Of a stretch of 64,000 nt of DNA, positions 45,196-54,394 are shown piece after piece; position 1 is the stretch's first letter, and each line of letters starts with the position of its first letter. A program made the position numbers and the translations under genes. The DNA comes from Mesorhizobium sp. (GTDB lineage Bacteria; Pseudomonadota; Alphaproteobacteria; Rhizobiales; Rhizobiaceae): positions 286-64,285 of the forward strand of contig NZ_SUGA01000032.1 of assembly GCF_004963255.1 (NCBI RefSeq), given 5' to 3'. The notes under the pieces were generated by a model. The model was not told the DNA's origin. It saw only the letters and a program-made list of their open reading frames with translations, and made no database searches.

Positions 45196-46233
45196 TCAGT
45201 AGCCCCCGATGATCGGCAGGATCTCGCCGGTGATGTAGCTGGAGCATTGCGGCGAGGCCAGGAACACATAGGCCGGCGCGATCTCCTCCGGCTGGGCGGG
45301 CCGCTTCATCGGCGTCTTGGCGCCGAACTGCGAAACATCCTCCGCCTGCTTTTCCGACGGGTTGAGCGGCGTCCAGACCGGACCCGGCGCGACCGCGTTG
45401 ACGCGGATCCCCTTGGCGATGAGATTGCCGGAGAGCGCTCGGGTGAAGGCATGGATGCCGCCCTTGGTCATCGAGTAGTCGACCAGTTCCTTCGAGCCTT
45501 CGATGCCGGTGACCGAACCGGTGTTGATGATCGCCGAGCCCGGTTTCATCTGCGGCACGGCTTCCTGCGCCATGTGGAAATAGCCGTAGAGATTGGTCTT
45601 TAGCGTGGTGTCGAAATGCTTTTCGGTGAGATCGGCGAAATCGGCCGAGTGAACCTGGAAGGCCGCGTTGTTGACGAGCACGTCGATCCTGCCAAACGCC
45701 TTGACCGTCTCGGCCACCGCCTTGCGGCAGAAGGCGCGTTTGGCGACGTCGCCGCGCAGGGTGATGCAGCGCCTGCCCTCGGCCTCGACCGCCTGCTTCG
45801 TCGCCTTGGCGTCGCGGTCCTCGCTGAGATAGACGATGGCGACATCGGCGCCTTCGCGCGCGAACAGCACGGCCACCGCGCGGCCGATGCCGGAGTCGCC
45901 GCCGGTGATGAGCGCGACCCTGTCCTTGAGCTTGCCCGATCCTTGCCAGAACGGCGCGTCATAGAGCGGCGCCGGGTCGATCGCCCACTCCTCGCCGGGC
46001 TTGGGATGATGCTGCTTCGGGAAAGGCGGCACCGGGTAGCGGCGCGCGCCGGCCTGCATGGCGCCCGAGGCTTTCGGCTTCGGCTTGCTGCGATCGGTGG
46101 CGTCGACCTGGCGCTGGACGCTGCGCTGCCTGCGCGCGGTCTTGGCGGTGTCAGGTTTCTCCCCGGTGACTGATTTCTCCCTGGCGACTGATCTCTGGGC
46201 TGCGTCTGATTTCGTTCGGCTGCTGGTTGGCAT
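45196..46233 (-). CDS. SDR oxidoreductase (general-stress YhdF-like)
   Basis: TGGDSGIG, NNAA, YSMTK and NAVAPGPVWTP; AAGGAG RBS; CCAAC-N16-CGTT upstream. Confidence 0.9.
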   Translation of the reverse strand: MPTSSRTKSDAAQRSVAREKSVTGEKPDTAKTARRQRSVQRQVDATDRSKPKPKASGAMQAGARRYPVPPFPKQHHPKPGEEWAIDPAPLYDAPFWQGSGKLKDRVALITGGDSGIGRAVAVLFAREGADVAIVYLSEDRDAKATKQAVEAEGRRCITLRGDVAKRAFCRKAVAETVKAFGRIDVLVNNAAFQVHSADFADLTEKHFDTTLKTNLYGYFHMAQEAVPQMKPGSAIINTGSVTGIEGSKELVDYSMTKGGIHAFTRALSGNLIAKGIRVNAVAPGPVWTPLNPSEKQAEDVSQFGAKTPMKRPAQPEEIAPAYVFLASPQCSSYITGEILPIIGGY

Positions 46234-46390
46234 AATGGTCTCCTTTCGGGAGACAACGCATGTCGGCGCAAAAGGTTGGCCCGGTTCGTCGCCCCGTCGA
46301 GAAGCCCGCGGATACATCAAAGTTAAATGCGGCTGACCGATCCAGGGTGCTAACCCTCGGTCATTGGGGGGACTCTCGAGGAGGAGTCCC

Positions 46391-46567
46391 ATGGACGTTC
46401 GAACTTTCATCGGCAGCCTGTCGGCCGCCTTGCGGCGCCGGCGCGCAGCCACGCCGCCAGCGCCCGTGCGGGTGATCCGCGCTTCGCTCGCCGACGCGCC
46501 GCTGAGGCCGCGTCCGCGGCCGCCGCACCGGCCGGCGCCGCCGATCCGGCCCGCGAGCAACATGTGA
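46391..46567 (+). CDS. Small Pro/Arg-rich hypothetical protein
   Basis: Strong GAGGAGGAG RBS before the ATG; 58 aa. Confidence 0.45.
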   Translation: MDVRTFIGSLSAALRRRRAATPPAPVRVIRASLADAPLRPRPRPPHRPAPPIRPASNM

Positions 46568-46655
46568 CCCGAGGCTTGTCGTACCGACTGGCCGGCCGGA
46601 TGCAACCGACCGGCGACATCCTCGTTTAGGCCCATCCCCAATCTTGTGGTGCACC

Positions 46656-46766
46656 ATGAAATCCTTGCCTATCAACAGCCCTCTTCTCATCCTGGCCGCC
46701 GCAGTGGTCGCTCTGGCGCCCTTTGCCGGCCTGGCCTGGCGCACCCGCGAATGGCTCGGATGGTGA
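46656..46766 (+). CDS. 36-aa single-TM microprotein (not in ORF track)
   Basis: MKSLPINSPLLILAAAVVALAPFAGLAWRTREWLGW; GCAAC-N16-CGTT at 46602-46626; stop overlaps the next gene's RBS. Confidence 0.55.
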   Translation: MKSLPINSPLLILAAAVVALAPFAGLAWRTREWLGW

Positions 46767-46773
46767 GGACCCG

Positions 46774-47073
46774 ATGAGCCGTTTCCTCCCCCTCACCATC
46801 CGCTTCGTCAGCGGCGGCACGATGGTGGTCACCACGGTGGCCGAGGCCAAGAAGGCGCTCGCCGGGACATGGAAGAACAAGGAAGCGCCGGACTATCTCA
46901 AGGCGGCGCGGCTGGTGGACGATGCGATCGCCGGCATCTGCCGGCCGGCCGTCGCCTTCGCCGCCTTCAAGAAGGCCGCCGCGCAGCAGGGGCTGCTGAA
47001 GGAGGCCGCGCCGAGCGCCGCGCTCACCATGCTGGACGAGTTGTGGTCACGCTCCAAGGTCCCGCCAAGCTAG
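46774..47073 (+). CDS. DUF982 family protein
   Basis: VTTVAEAKKAL...A.RLVDDAIAG...AVAFAAFKKAAAQQGLL pattern; GAGGA RBS. Confidence 0.75.
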   Translation: MSRFLPLTIRFVSGGTMVVTTVAEAKKALAGTWKNKEAPDYLKAARLVDDAIAGICRPAVAFAAFKKAAAQQGLLKEAAPSAALTMLDELWSRSKVPPS

Positions 47074-47096
47074 GAGGCCGCTCCATCCCGGCTGGT

Positions 47097-47816
47097 CTAT
47101 CTCGGCTCGCGCGACATGCTGAGATAGGTCGGATCGAATTCGGCGATCGTGACCAGGCGCTCCCAGTCAAGGATCGTGATCATATGGTTGGTCCAGTTGA
47201 TGACGTTCATGCGTCGCAGCGTTCCGATCACCCTGTTCATATGGACGACGGACAAGCCCAGCACGTCCGCGAGCTGGGCCTGCGACAGCGGCAGGTGGAA
47301 GCTCATATCACGTGTCTTCTTCACCACCTGAAGCCTGACGAACAGCTCGCATATGAGATGCGCGAGATGGGATAGCTTGGAGCGGCGCCCCATGGCCACG
47401 ATCCATTCGCGATGGATGGCGCCATCGACCAGCGTGTCCAGCCAGAGCAATCGCGTGAGATGCGGCGCCTGCTCCGTGATCGTCTTGAGCTTGCTGTGCT
47501 CGGCCGCCGCCACATGACAGGGCGACAGCGCGACGATGCCATGATCCATCGTCTTGAGCAGGAAGGCATGCAGGTCAACGAAATCGCCCGCGACCTGCAG
47601 CGAGGTGAACTGGCGGCCGCCGTCCTCCAGAACCTTGTAGCGGGCGGCGAGCCCGTCGATGATCAGGGTGCTGTAGGTCGGCCTGCTTCCTTCGACAACG
47701 ATATCCTCTCCCACGCCGAAATATTTCTCGATCGACAAGGTCGATATGAGCAACGCTTTCTCTTCGTCCGAGAGAGCGTCATGCTGGCCGAGATTGAGAT
47801 AGAGTGATTCCAGCAT
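47097..47816 (-). CDS. Crp/Fnr family regulator (paralog)
   Basis: Same 239-aa length as, and collinear with, 37062-37781; GCAAC-N16-CGTT at 47842-47866 on the minus strand. Confidence 0.9.
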   Translation of the reverse strand: MLESLYLNLGQHDALSDEEKALLISTLSIEKYFGVGEDIVVEGSRPTYSTLIIDGLAARYKVLEDGGRQFTSLQVAGDFVDLHAFLLKTMDHGIVALSPCHVAAAEHSKLKTITEQAPHLTRLLWLDTLVDGAIHREWIVAMGRRSKLSHLAHLICELFVRLQVVKKTRDMSFHLPLSQAQLADVLGLSVVHMNRVIGTLRRMNVINWTNHMITILDWERLVTIAEFDPTYLSMSREPR

Positions 47817-47978
47817 CCGGCTGCCTCCATTCGCCACTGCTAACGCCGCAAGCCGACGCTGGTTGCGAGCGGTGCCGCGCCGAAGGCCGGCGCATGGCCG
47901 ATTCTCCCTCTGGATCAGATGTTTGGAACCATGATCGCGTCCGTGAATTGACCGTCGAAATTGGGGCTCAACGTGCCG

Positions 47979-48212
47979 ATGCAACGCTTCTATTTCGACC
48001 TTTACAACACTGAGCACAGCCAGGAAGATACCGAGGGACAGCTCTTCGCCAACCGCGAGCGCGCCGGCATGGAGGCACTGCGCATCCTGCATGACGTCGC
48101 CCGCGACGAGATGCCGGGCGGCAGCCATCTGACCATCACGGTCAAGGTGCTCGACGAAAAGCGTGACCAGATCTTCGAAGCGTCGCTGACGCTGGATTCG
48201 GCCTGGACCTGA
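47979..48212 (+). CDS. DUF6894-like small protein
   Basis: MQRFYFDL...D.EG...EALRILHDVARDE...VKVLDE pattern. Confidence 0.75.
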   Translation: MQRFYFDLYNTEHSQEDTEGQLFANRERAGMEALRILHDVARDEMPGGSHLTITVKVLDEKRDQIFEASLTLDSAWT

Positions 48213-48247
48213 GGCGGCCGGCGCCGGTCCAGATACCGGAGGCAAGC

Positions 48248-49141
48248 ATGTTCGACGATTTCGACAGCCGTGAGATCGATACGGGTGAGGCCAGGATCTT
48301 CGCCCGCCGCGCCGGCGCCGGCCCCGGCCTGCTTCTGCTGCACGGCTTTCCGCAGACGCATGCGATGTGGCGCGAGGTCGCGCCAATCCTGGCGCGGGAT
48401 TTCACTGTCGTCTGCGCCGATTTGCGCGGCTATGGGCGAAGCTCCTGTCCGCCATCGGCCGCCGATCATGCACCCTATGCCAAGCGCGCCATGGCCGCCG
48501 ACATGGTGGCGCTGATGGAGAAATTGGGTTTCAGGCGCTTCATGGTCGCCGGTCACGACCGCGGCGGGCGTGTCGCCTACCGACTGGCGCTCGACCATCC
48601 GGATCGCGTCGAGAGGCTCGCTGTGCTCGACATCATTCCCACCGCCGACGCGTGGGACCGCGCCGACGCAAGACTGGCCCTCGGCTATTGGCCGTGGTCG
48701 TTGCTGGCGCAACCCGAGCCGCTGCCGGAGACGATGCTCGCGGCCGCCGCCGATGCCATCGTCGACAATGCGCTTTCCGGCTGGGGATCGTCGCCCGAAG
48801 CGTTCCCGCCCGGGGTGCGGCAACTCTATGTCGACGCGCTGCGCGACCCGGCGCACATCCATGGCATTTGCGAAGAATATCGCGCGGCGGCGTCCCTCGA
48901 CCGCGAGCATGACCATGCCGACAGGGAGACCGGCCGGCACATCGCCTGCCCGCTGCTGGCGCTATGGAGCGAGCATGGGGCGCTGGCCGAATGGTACCTT
49001 GAGCAAGGCGGCCCTGAGGCGCTGTGGCGAAACTGGGCCGACGACGTCAGCGGCGGCGCCTTGCCCGGCGGTCATTTCTTCCCGGAGGCCTCGCCGATCG
49101 AAACGGCAGCCACGCTCGACGCATTCTTCTCCGGAAGATAG
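48248..49141 (+). CDS. Alpha/beta hydrolase (fluoroacetate dehalogenase-like)
   Basis: LLLHGFPQTHAMW, GHDRGGRVAY and GGHFFPE motifs. Confidence 0.9.
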   Translation: MFDDFDSREIDTGEARIFARRAGAGPGLLLLHGFPQTHAMWREVAPILARDFTVVCADLRGYGRSSCPPSAADHAPYAKRAMAADMVALMEKLGFRRFMVAGHDRGGRVAYRLALDHPDRVERLAVLDIIPTADAWDRADARLALGYWPWSLLAQPEPLPETMLAAAADAIVDNALSGWGSSPEAFPPGVRQLYVDALRDPAHIHGICEEYRAAASLDREHDHADRETGRHIACPLLALWSEHGALAEWYLEQGGPEALWRNWADDVSGGALPGGHFFPEASPIETAATLDAFFSGR

Positions 49142-49738
49142 CCCTGCGGACACTGGCGCCGGCCCGCCAGGCGCCCGACGGGACGGCTCACGCAAGCATC
49201 AGGTAAAGCAACGGCACTGCAGCAAGGCCGATCGCCATTGCGATAAGCGCGGCATGGCCCAGACGCTCCGCGCGCCTGGCGATGTCGGCTATCTCAGCCT
49301 CATCATTGATGTCGTCGAGGAATGAAAGATCGAAAGGCGCGAAAGGTTGGTTGTCGTTGGCAGGCAGGGTTTCGACAGTCTGCCGGGTGGGCTTTGCAGA
49401 GATATAGGTCAAAACGTCGTCTCGCTCCGGGGCCGGCTCGCGGCCTTCTTGTTCGTGGATGTTGGTGTCCGCCGACTTGCGCGGGGGAGCGATCGGCGGG
49501 CACCAGTAGGGCCGGCGATGAAGGGGTTTTCCCGTCGGCCGCTCACCAATTCGCAGAAAGCCCATTGGTTGCACAAGCCAGCCCAATGCGCTTGCCGGGT
49601 CGGACTTCAGTCGGGCGGAGTCACGAAATATTTCGGGCGGAACATCGGTTGCCGGAGCTTGTTCCCCCTACTCAAGGATGTCGAGCGCGTCCTTGATTTC
49701 AACCCTGAAGAACAATCCGAACCAACGGAGAATTGGAT

Positions 49739-49954
49739 ATGCCCAATCAAGGCGGAACCCACGAACAGCACGTCAAGGCCGGCCAGCAGAGCCACAAGAA
49801 CCGCGACGATCAACGCCGCGGTGGCGGACAGCAGCAGGCCGAGGACCGCAATATGGGTCAGCGGAGCGCGGGCCAGCACAGAGGCGGCAGCGGCAACTTC
49901 GCCGAAGATCGTCAGCGCGCCTCGGAAGCAGGCCGCAAGGGCGGCCAGCGCTGA
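49739..49954 (+). CDS. KGG-repeat (YciG-like) stress protein
   Basis: GNFAEDRQRASEAGRKGGQ; GGAAC-N16-TGTT at 49639-49663. Confidence 0.85.
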   Translation: MPNQGGTHEQHVKAGQQSHKNRDDQRRGGGQQQAEDRNMGQRSAGQHRGGSGNFAEDRQRASEAGRKGGQR

Positions 49955-50105
49955 GTTCAAGATGGCGTCCGCGGATGCGGGCGCCATCTTATTTGCCCGG
50001 CGCAATCGATCCCGGGATGGAACATCTTCCCCGCCCTCCAGTTGACCTTAGGAGCGGCTGCCGTAGCAGGCTGCCGTCGCCGCAGGATGTTCAACGGAGG
50101 CACCA

Positions 50106-50600
50106 ATGTCCTTGCATTCCCTTCATCCCGAACGCGTCGATGAGACCCGCATGCAGGCCTATTCGACCTTCGGTCCCCTGCTGATCCATGCCCTGGCGCA
50201 AAAACTGGCGCGCTGTCAGGGCGTGCGTGAATTGGACAAGATCGAACAGTCGCTGGTGCGCCTGGTCGAGGAGACCGACGTCGCCGCTCCGGATGCCGAG
50301 GCGATGAAGGAGTTCGCGGTCGAGCTCGTCGTGTCGACGCTGCGCAACGCGCGTGAGCATCCCGACGCCAAGCAGGACCTGGAACAAATCGACGAGCGCC
50401 GCACGGAAGGCCGCTCGGAGGACCCGGACACGCTGGAAGAGCAGTTGCAGTCGGGTCTCGAGGACAGTTTTCCGGCCAGCGATCCGCCGGCCGTGGTTTC
50501 CACCGCGATCACCGGCGGCTCCAAGGATATCGTCGGGACCGACGAGGTGCTGCGCCGCAAGAAGGAAGCACGCCGCAAGCAGTCGGAGACGGCGGACTGA
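50106..50600 (+). CDS. Hypothetical stress-type protein
   Basis: GGAGG RBS; LEEQLQSGLEDSFPASDPPA motif; GGAAC-N16-AGTT at 50019-50043. Confidence 0.75.
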   Translation: MSLHSLHPERVDETRMQAYSTFGPLLIHALAQKLARCQGVRELDKIEQSLVRLVEETDVAAPDAEAMKEFAVELVVSTLRNAREHPDAKQDLEQIDERRTEGRSEDPDTLEEQLQSGLEDSFPASDPPAVVSTAITGGSKDIVGTDEVLRRKKEARRKQSETAD

Positions 50601-50628
50601 CACGGCGCCGAAGCAAAGGAGACGCGCA

Positions 50629-50847
50629 ATGACGCAGGCAAACGACAACATACCGCACCGGCCGGGCGCCGCGAACGCGCCACATGGCGGCACGCTGCCG
50701 GTCAAGGGCGGCGAGGATCCCGACGTGCGGTTCCTGGCGGAGAACACCGACCTTTCGCCGAAGCAGGCGCGCGAGTTGATCCGCGAGCACGGACACGACC
50801 GCGACAAGCTGCTCGAGATCGCACGAACCATGAAGGCGGAAGGCTGA
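50629..50847 (+). CDS. Small hypothetical protein
   Basis: AAGGAG RBS; FLAENTDLSPKQARELIREHG. Confidence 0.7.
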   Translation: MTQANDNIPHRPGAANAPHGGTLPVKGGEDPDVRFLAENTDLSPKQARELIREHGHDRDKLLEIARTMKAEG

Positions 50848-50872
50848 ACGCCCTCCGGAAAGCGAGGCAAGG

Positions 50873-51070
50873 ATGAGCAATTCACCGAAGAAGGGACCGG
50901 CTGGAACGTCCGATCAATGGCCGCGCTGGGAGGGCCCGAAGGCCAACAAGCCGCGCGGCTACCTGCCGCCAAAGGACGATCCCGACGAGAACCGCGATGC
51001 CGCCGGCGAGAACAACAAGGACCCGGAACGCTCCGACCTTGGCGACGTCGCCAAGAAGAAGGGCGATTAA
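50873..51070 (+). CDS. Small hydrophilic protein
   Basis: 65-aa ORF in the same cluster and orientation. Confidence 0.5.
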   Translation: MSNSPKKGPAGTSDQWPRWEGPKANKPRGYLPPKDDPDENRDAAGENNKDPERSDLGDVAKKKGD

Positions 51071-51110
51071 TCCCTTCCCGAATTCACTCAGCGCAACAAG
51101 GAGTAAGACG

Positions 51111-51431
51111 ATGCCACGTGGCGACAAATCGAAATACACCGACAAGCAGGAACGCAAGGCCGACCATATCGCCGAAGGCTATGAGAAGCGCGGCGTCTCG
51201 GAGAAGGAAGCCGAGCGGCGCGCCTGGGCGACCGTCAACAAGGACGATGGCGGCGGCAAGAAGGAAGGCGGATCGGGACGCGGCAAGCACACCGGCCATC
51301 CGGCCGCGCATAAGGGCGGCAAGATGGGCGGCAAGGCCTCGGGCGAGCGTTCCGCGGCGGACAGATCGGCTTCGGCGAAGAAGGCTGCCGCGACGCGGAA
51401 GCGCAATGCGGAGCACCACGCGCATCATTGA
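51111..51431 (+). CDS. Conserved small basic stress-type protein (MPRGDKSKYTDKQ...)
   Basis: AAGGAG RBS; YTDKQERKADHIAEGYEKRGVSEKEAERRAWATVNK. Confidence 0.8.
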   Translation: MPRGDKSKYTDKQERKADHIAEGYEKRGVSEKEAERRAWATVNKDDGGGKKEGGSGRGKHTGHPAAHKGGKMGGKASGERSAADRSASAKKAAATRKRNAEHHAHH

Positions 51432-51441
51432 GCGCGGCTTC

Positions 51442-51590
51442 CTCCTTCTCCCCTTGTGGGAGAAGGTGGATCGGCGCGCAGCGCCGAGACGCATGAGGGG
51501 TGTTCCAGCGGAATGAGACGTTGGCTTTCCCTGGAGCACCCCTCATCCGGCCGCTTCGCGGCCACCTTCTCCCACAAGGGGAGAAGGAAG
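51442..51590. repeat. REP/RIME-like palindromic repeat
   Basis: Near-identical to 28531-28679; lies between convergent genes. Confidence 0.85.
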
Positions 51591-51595
51591 AGGCG

Positions 51596-52054
51596 CTACA
51601 GCGGCATCTCCGAGGTCTGCTTGATGATCTGGCTGGGCACGTCCGTCTTGACGTTCTGGACACCCTTGATGCGGCTCAGATGCTCCGATTGGAAGCGGCG
51701 GTAGTCGTCGATGCCGGCCGCCACGATCCGCACCAGCGCGTCGCAGTCGCCCATCATCAGATAGCACTCCATCACTTCGGGAAATTTCGCCACCTCGGCG
51801 GCGAAATGCTCGATCGTGTCCTCGTCCTGCTGCTTCAGCCAGATGCGGGTGAAGAAGGTCTGGCCGCGGCCGATCTTGGCCGGGTTGAGCACCGCGACAT
51901 AGCGGTCGATGACGCCCGCCTCTTCGAGCAGTTTCACGCGCCGCAGGCAGGGCGACGGCGACAGACCGACTTGCCTGGCAAGATCGTTGTTTGCCATGCG
52001 CCCGTCGCGCTGCAAGGCGCGCAGGATGCGTCTGTCGATCTCATCGAGCTTCAT
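51596..52054 (-). CDS. Lrp/AsnC family regulator
   Basis: LDEIDRRILRALQRDGRMANNDLARQVGLSPSPCLRRVK. Confidence 0.9.
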   Translation of the reverse strand: MKLDEIDRRILRALQRDGRMANNDLARQVGLSPSPCLRRVKLLEEAGVIDRYVAVLNPAKIGRGQTFFTRIWLKQQDEDTIEHFAAEVAKFPEVMECYLMMGDCDALVRIVAAGIDDYRRFQSEHLSRIKGVQNVKTDVPSQIIKQTSEMPL

Positions 52055-52227
52055 GGTTCCAGATTCCAGTTCTTCAGGTGAACTCGCTATCCAATGCCGA
52101 ATTTTGGCGGAAATAGCGCATTTTCGCAACCCGATTGCCGCGCGTTTCGGCTATGGTCCGGGACCGACAACAACCCCACAACCGACCGGGAGAACGGATT
52201 GCCGCAAGGCCAGCCGAAAGCAAAGCC

Positions 52228-52971
52228 ATGAGCGTTTCCGAGATCGCCCTCGCCGAGGGCAAGGCCGCCAACAGGCGCGGCGCCGAGTTCCGGCGCGGGC
52301 TGGCTGCCGCGACGCCTGTGCTGCTCGGCGTCGTCCCCTATGCGCTGGTGCTCGGCGCGCAGGCCGCGCAGAGGGGCCTCAGCGTGCTCGAGGTGCCGCT
52401 GATGACCGGGCTCAATTTTGCCGGAGGCTCGGAATTCGCCGCTATCCAGCTCTGGACCTCGCCGCCGCACATCCTGCTGATCGCCGCCATCACGCTTTTG
52501 GTCAACAGCCGGCATTTCCTGATGGGCGCAGCGCTTGCGCCTTTCATCAGGCACCTGCCGAAGCGCCAGGTTTTTCCGGCGCTGTTCCTGATGTGCGACG
52601 AGAGCTGGGCGGTGGGCCTTGCAGATGCGCAGCGCCGTGCCGTGGCCGGCGCGCGGCCGGCCTTCAGCCTGCCCTTCTATCTCGGCGCCGGCTTGGCCGT
52701 CTACCTCGCCTGGGCGGCGTTCACGACTTGCGGCGCGGCGCTCGGGCCTGTGCTCGGCGACGTCGAGACATATGGTTTCGCGATGGCCTTCCCGGCCGTC
52801 TTCCTTGTGCTGCTGCGCGGCATGTGGAAAGGCTTTGCCGCGGCGCGGCCCTGGCTGATCAGCCTCGTGGCGGCGGCGCTCACCTATCTCGTCGTGCCCG
52901 GCGCCTGGTATGTGGCGGCCGGCGCGCTGTCCGGCCTGGTGGCCGCGTGGTTCCTGGCAGGTGAGACATGA
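52228..52971 (+). CDS. azlC: AzlC branched-chain amino acid exporter subunit
   Basis: FAGGSEFAA, LVNSRHFLMG and CDESWA motifs. Confidence 0.85.
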   Translation: MSVSEIALAEGKAANRRGAEFRRGLAAATPVLLGVVPYALVLGAQAAQRGLSVLEVPLMTGLNFAGGSEFAAIQLWTSPPHILLIAAITLLVNSRHFLMGAALAPFIRHLPKRQVFPALFLMCDESWAVGLADAQRRAVAGARPAFSLPFYLGAGLAVYLAWAAFTTCGAALGPVLGDVETYGFAMAFPAVFLVLLRGMWKGFAAARPWLISLVAAALTYLVVPGAWYVAAGALSGLVAAWFLAGET

Positions 52972-53267
52972 TCGATCCGATGACAGTGCTTGCCATCCTG
53001 GCGATGGCCGGCGTGACGTATCTCACCCGCGTCGGCGGCTATGTTGTGCTCAAGAACCGCGCGCTCAGCCCGCGCGCCACGGCGGTGATGGAAGCCGCGC
53101 CCGGCTGCGTGCTGATCTCGGTGATCGCGCCGGATTTCGTCTCGAGGAATCCGGCCGACCTCGCGGCTTTGGCCATCACCCTGCTTGCCGCGACGAGGCT
53201 GTCGATGCTGCCGACAGTTGCGATCGGGGTGGCCTCGGCGGGCGTGTTGCGGTGGCTGATCGGATAA
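52968..53267 (+). CDS. azlD: AzlD family exporter subunit
   Basis: ATGA overlap with azlC; MAGVTYLTR motif; hydrophobic. Confidence 0.8.
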   Translation: MIDPMTVLAILAMAGVTYLTRVGGYVVLKNRALSPRATAVMEAAPGCVLISVIAPDFVSRNPADLAALAITLLAATRLSMLPTVAIGVASAGVLRWLIG

Positions 53268-53273
53268 CCGGCC

Positions 53274-53759
53274 TCAGAAGCTGTAGAGCCCGAGCTCGTC
53301 CGGTTGGTCGCCCTCACCGCTTGCGTGCCGCTTCAACGCGGCATCCAGCCTGTCGTTGTCGCCGCCTTGCGGGCGGACGATCGCGTTGACCAGCGCATCC
53401 AGCGAAACGCCAAGCTGGTCCAGGCCAAGCTGCCTTTCGATCTTGGCAACCGCCGACGGAGATTGCCGTTTCAACGCCTCGACGGCGCTCTTGATCGCCG
53501 AACCGTAGGAAGACACGGACTCGTAGTCGGTCTGATCGACGGCGAATTCCTTGCTCGCCTGCTGCATCAGCCGGACCTTCGTCGCCGTGATATTGAGGCC
53601 GTCGAGGCTGAACTTGGATGCCGAGATCGCGGGCTCCGCCTGCATGACCGGCGAAGCCGCCGGGCCGGAGACACCGTCGATGCTCGCGGCGGGTCTGGCG
53701 GTTGGCGGCAGGCGCTGCGGCTGCAGGGTCACAAGCGCGGTGCTGAGCGTCGAGGACAT
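53274..53759 (-). CDS. Hypothetical protein
   Basis: 161-aa ORF with host-like codon usage. Confidence 0.55.
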   Translation of the reverse strand: MSSTLSTALVTLQPQRLPPTARPAASIDGVSGPAASPVMQAEPAISASKFSLDGLNITATKVRLMQQASKEFAVDQTDYESVSSYGSAIKSAVEALKRQSPSAVAKIERQLGLDQLGVSLDALVNAIVRPQGGDNDRLDAALKRHASGEGDQPDELGLYSF

Positions 53760-53942
53760 TGCCGGGTCTCGCACGCGCCCGTCCGTCATGGACCGGACGC
53801 CGGACAGTCAAGCCAAGACCTCATGTCCCGAGCGAAGCGTTTCACGGGAAATAACCCGGTTGTCCTAAGAGTTCGATAGAACGATGGTTCGCCTTTTAAC
53901 GATGAGCCGCGCTATCGCCTTGGTTTGGCTCAACGCCGAAGC

Positions 53943-54305
53943 TCAGTCGTCGCCGCCGCCACCGCCATCGCCGCCGCCGCTGTCCCCGCCGCCGTCATGG
54001 CCGCCGCTGTCGCCGCCGCCATCGTGGCTGCCACCGTCGCCGCCCTCGTGGTCCTCGCCCTGGTGATCGCCGTCCTGGTCGCCCTCATGCGAGCCGGAGG
54101 CGGCGCTGTCCCCGCCATGCCCGGCATCGTCATTCTCGGCGGCCTCTTGGTCGTCGCCGACACTGGATGTGTTGATCTCGTCATCGTCGGCCGTCGACGC
54201 CGTCGTCAACCCGCCGCCATTGTCCGAGCCCGCATCGGATGGCTGCGTGGCTAAGATGCCGAGCAGGCCGATTGCGGTTGCCGCAAGCAAGGGAAGGGTT
54301 TTCAT
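53943..54305 (-). CDS. Secreted Gly/Asp-rich low-complexity protein
   Basis: Signal-like start, then GDQDG/HDGGGDSGG repeats. Confidence 0.6.
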   Translation of the reverse strand: MKTLPLLAATAIGLLGILATQPSDAGSDNGGGLTTASTADDDEINTSSVGDDQEAAENDDAGHGGDSAASGSHEGDQDGDHQGEDHEGGDGGSHDGGGDSGGHDGGGDSGGGDGGGGGDD

Positions 54306-54394
54306 ACAGGCGCTCCGATCCGGTTGTCGTAGCGCATCTTTGCCGCGCCGGATTACAGCGCCCTTAAATGAGTGATTTCAATTTTAGCAACTTC

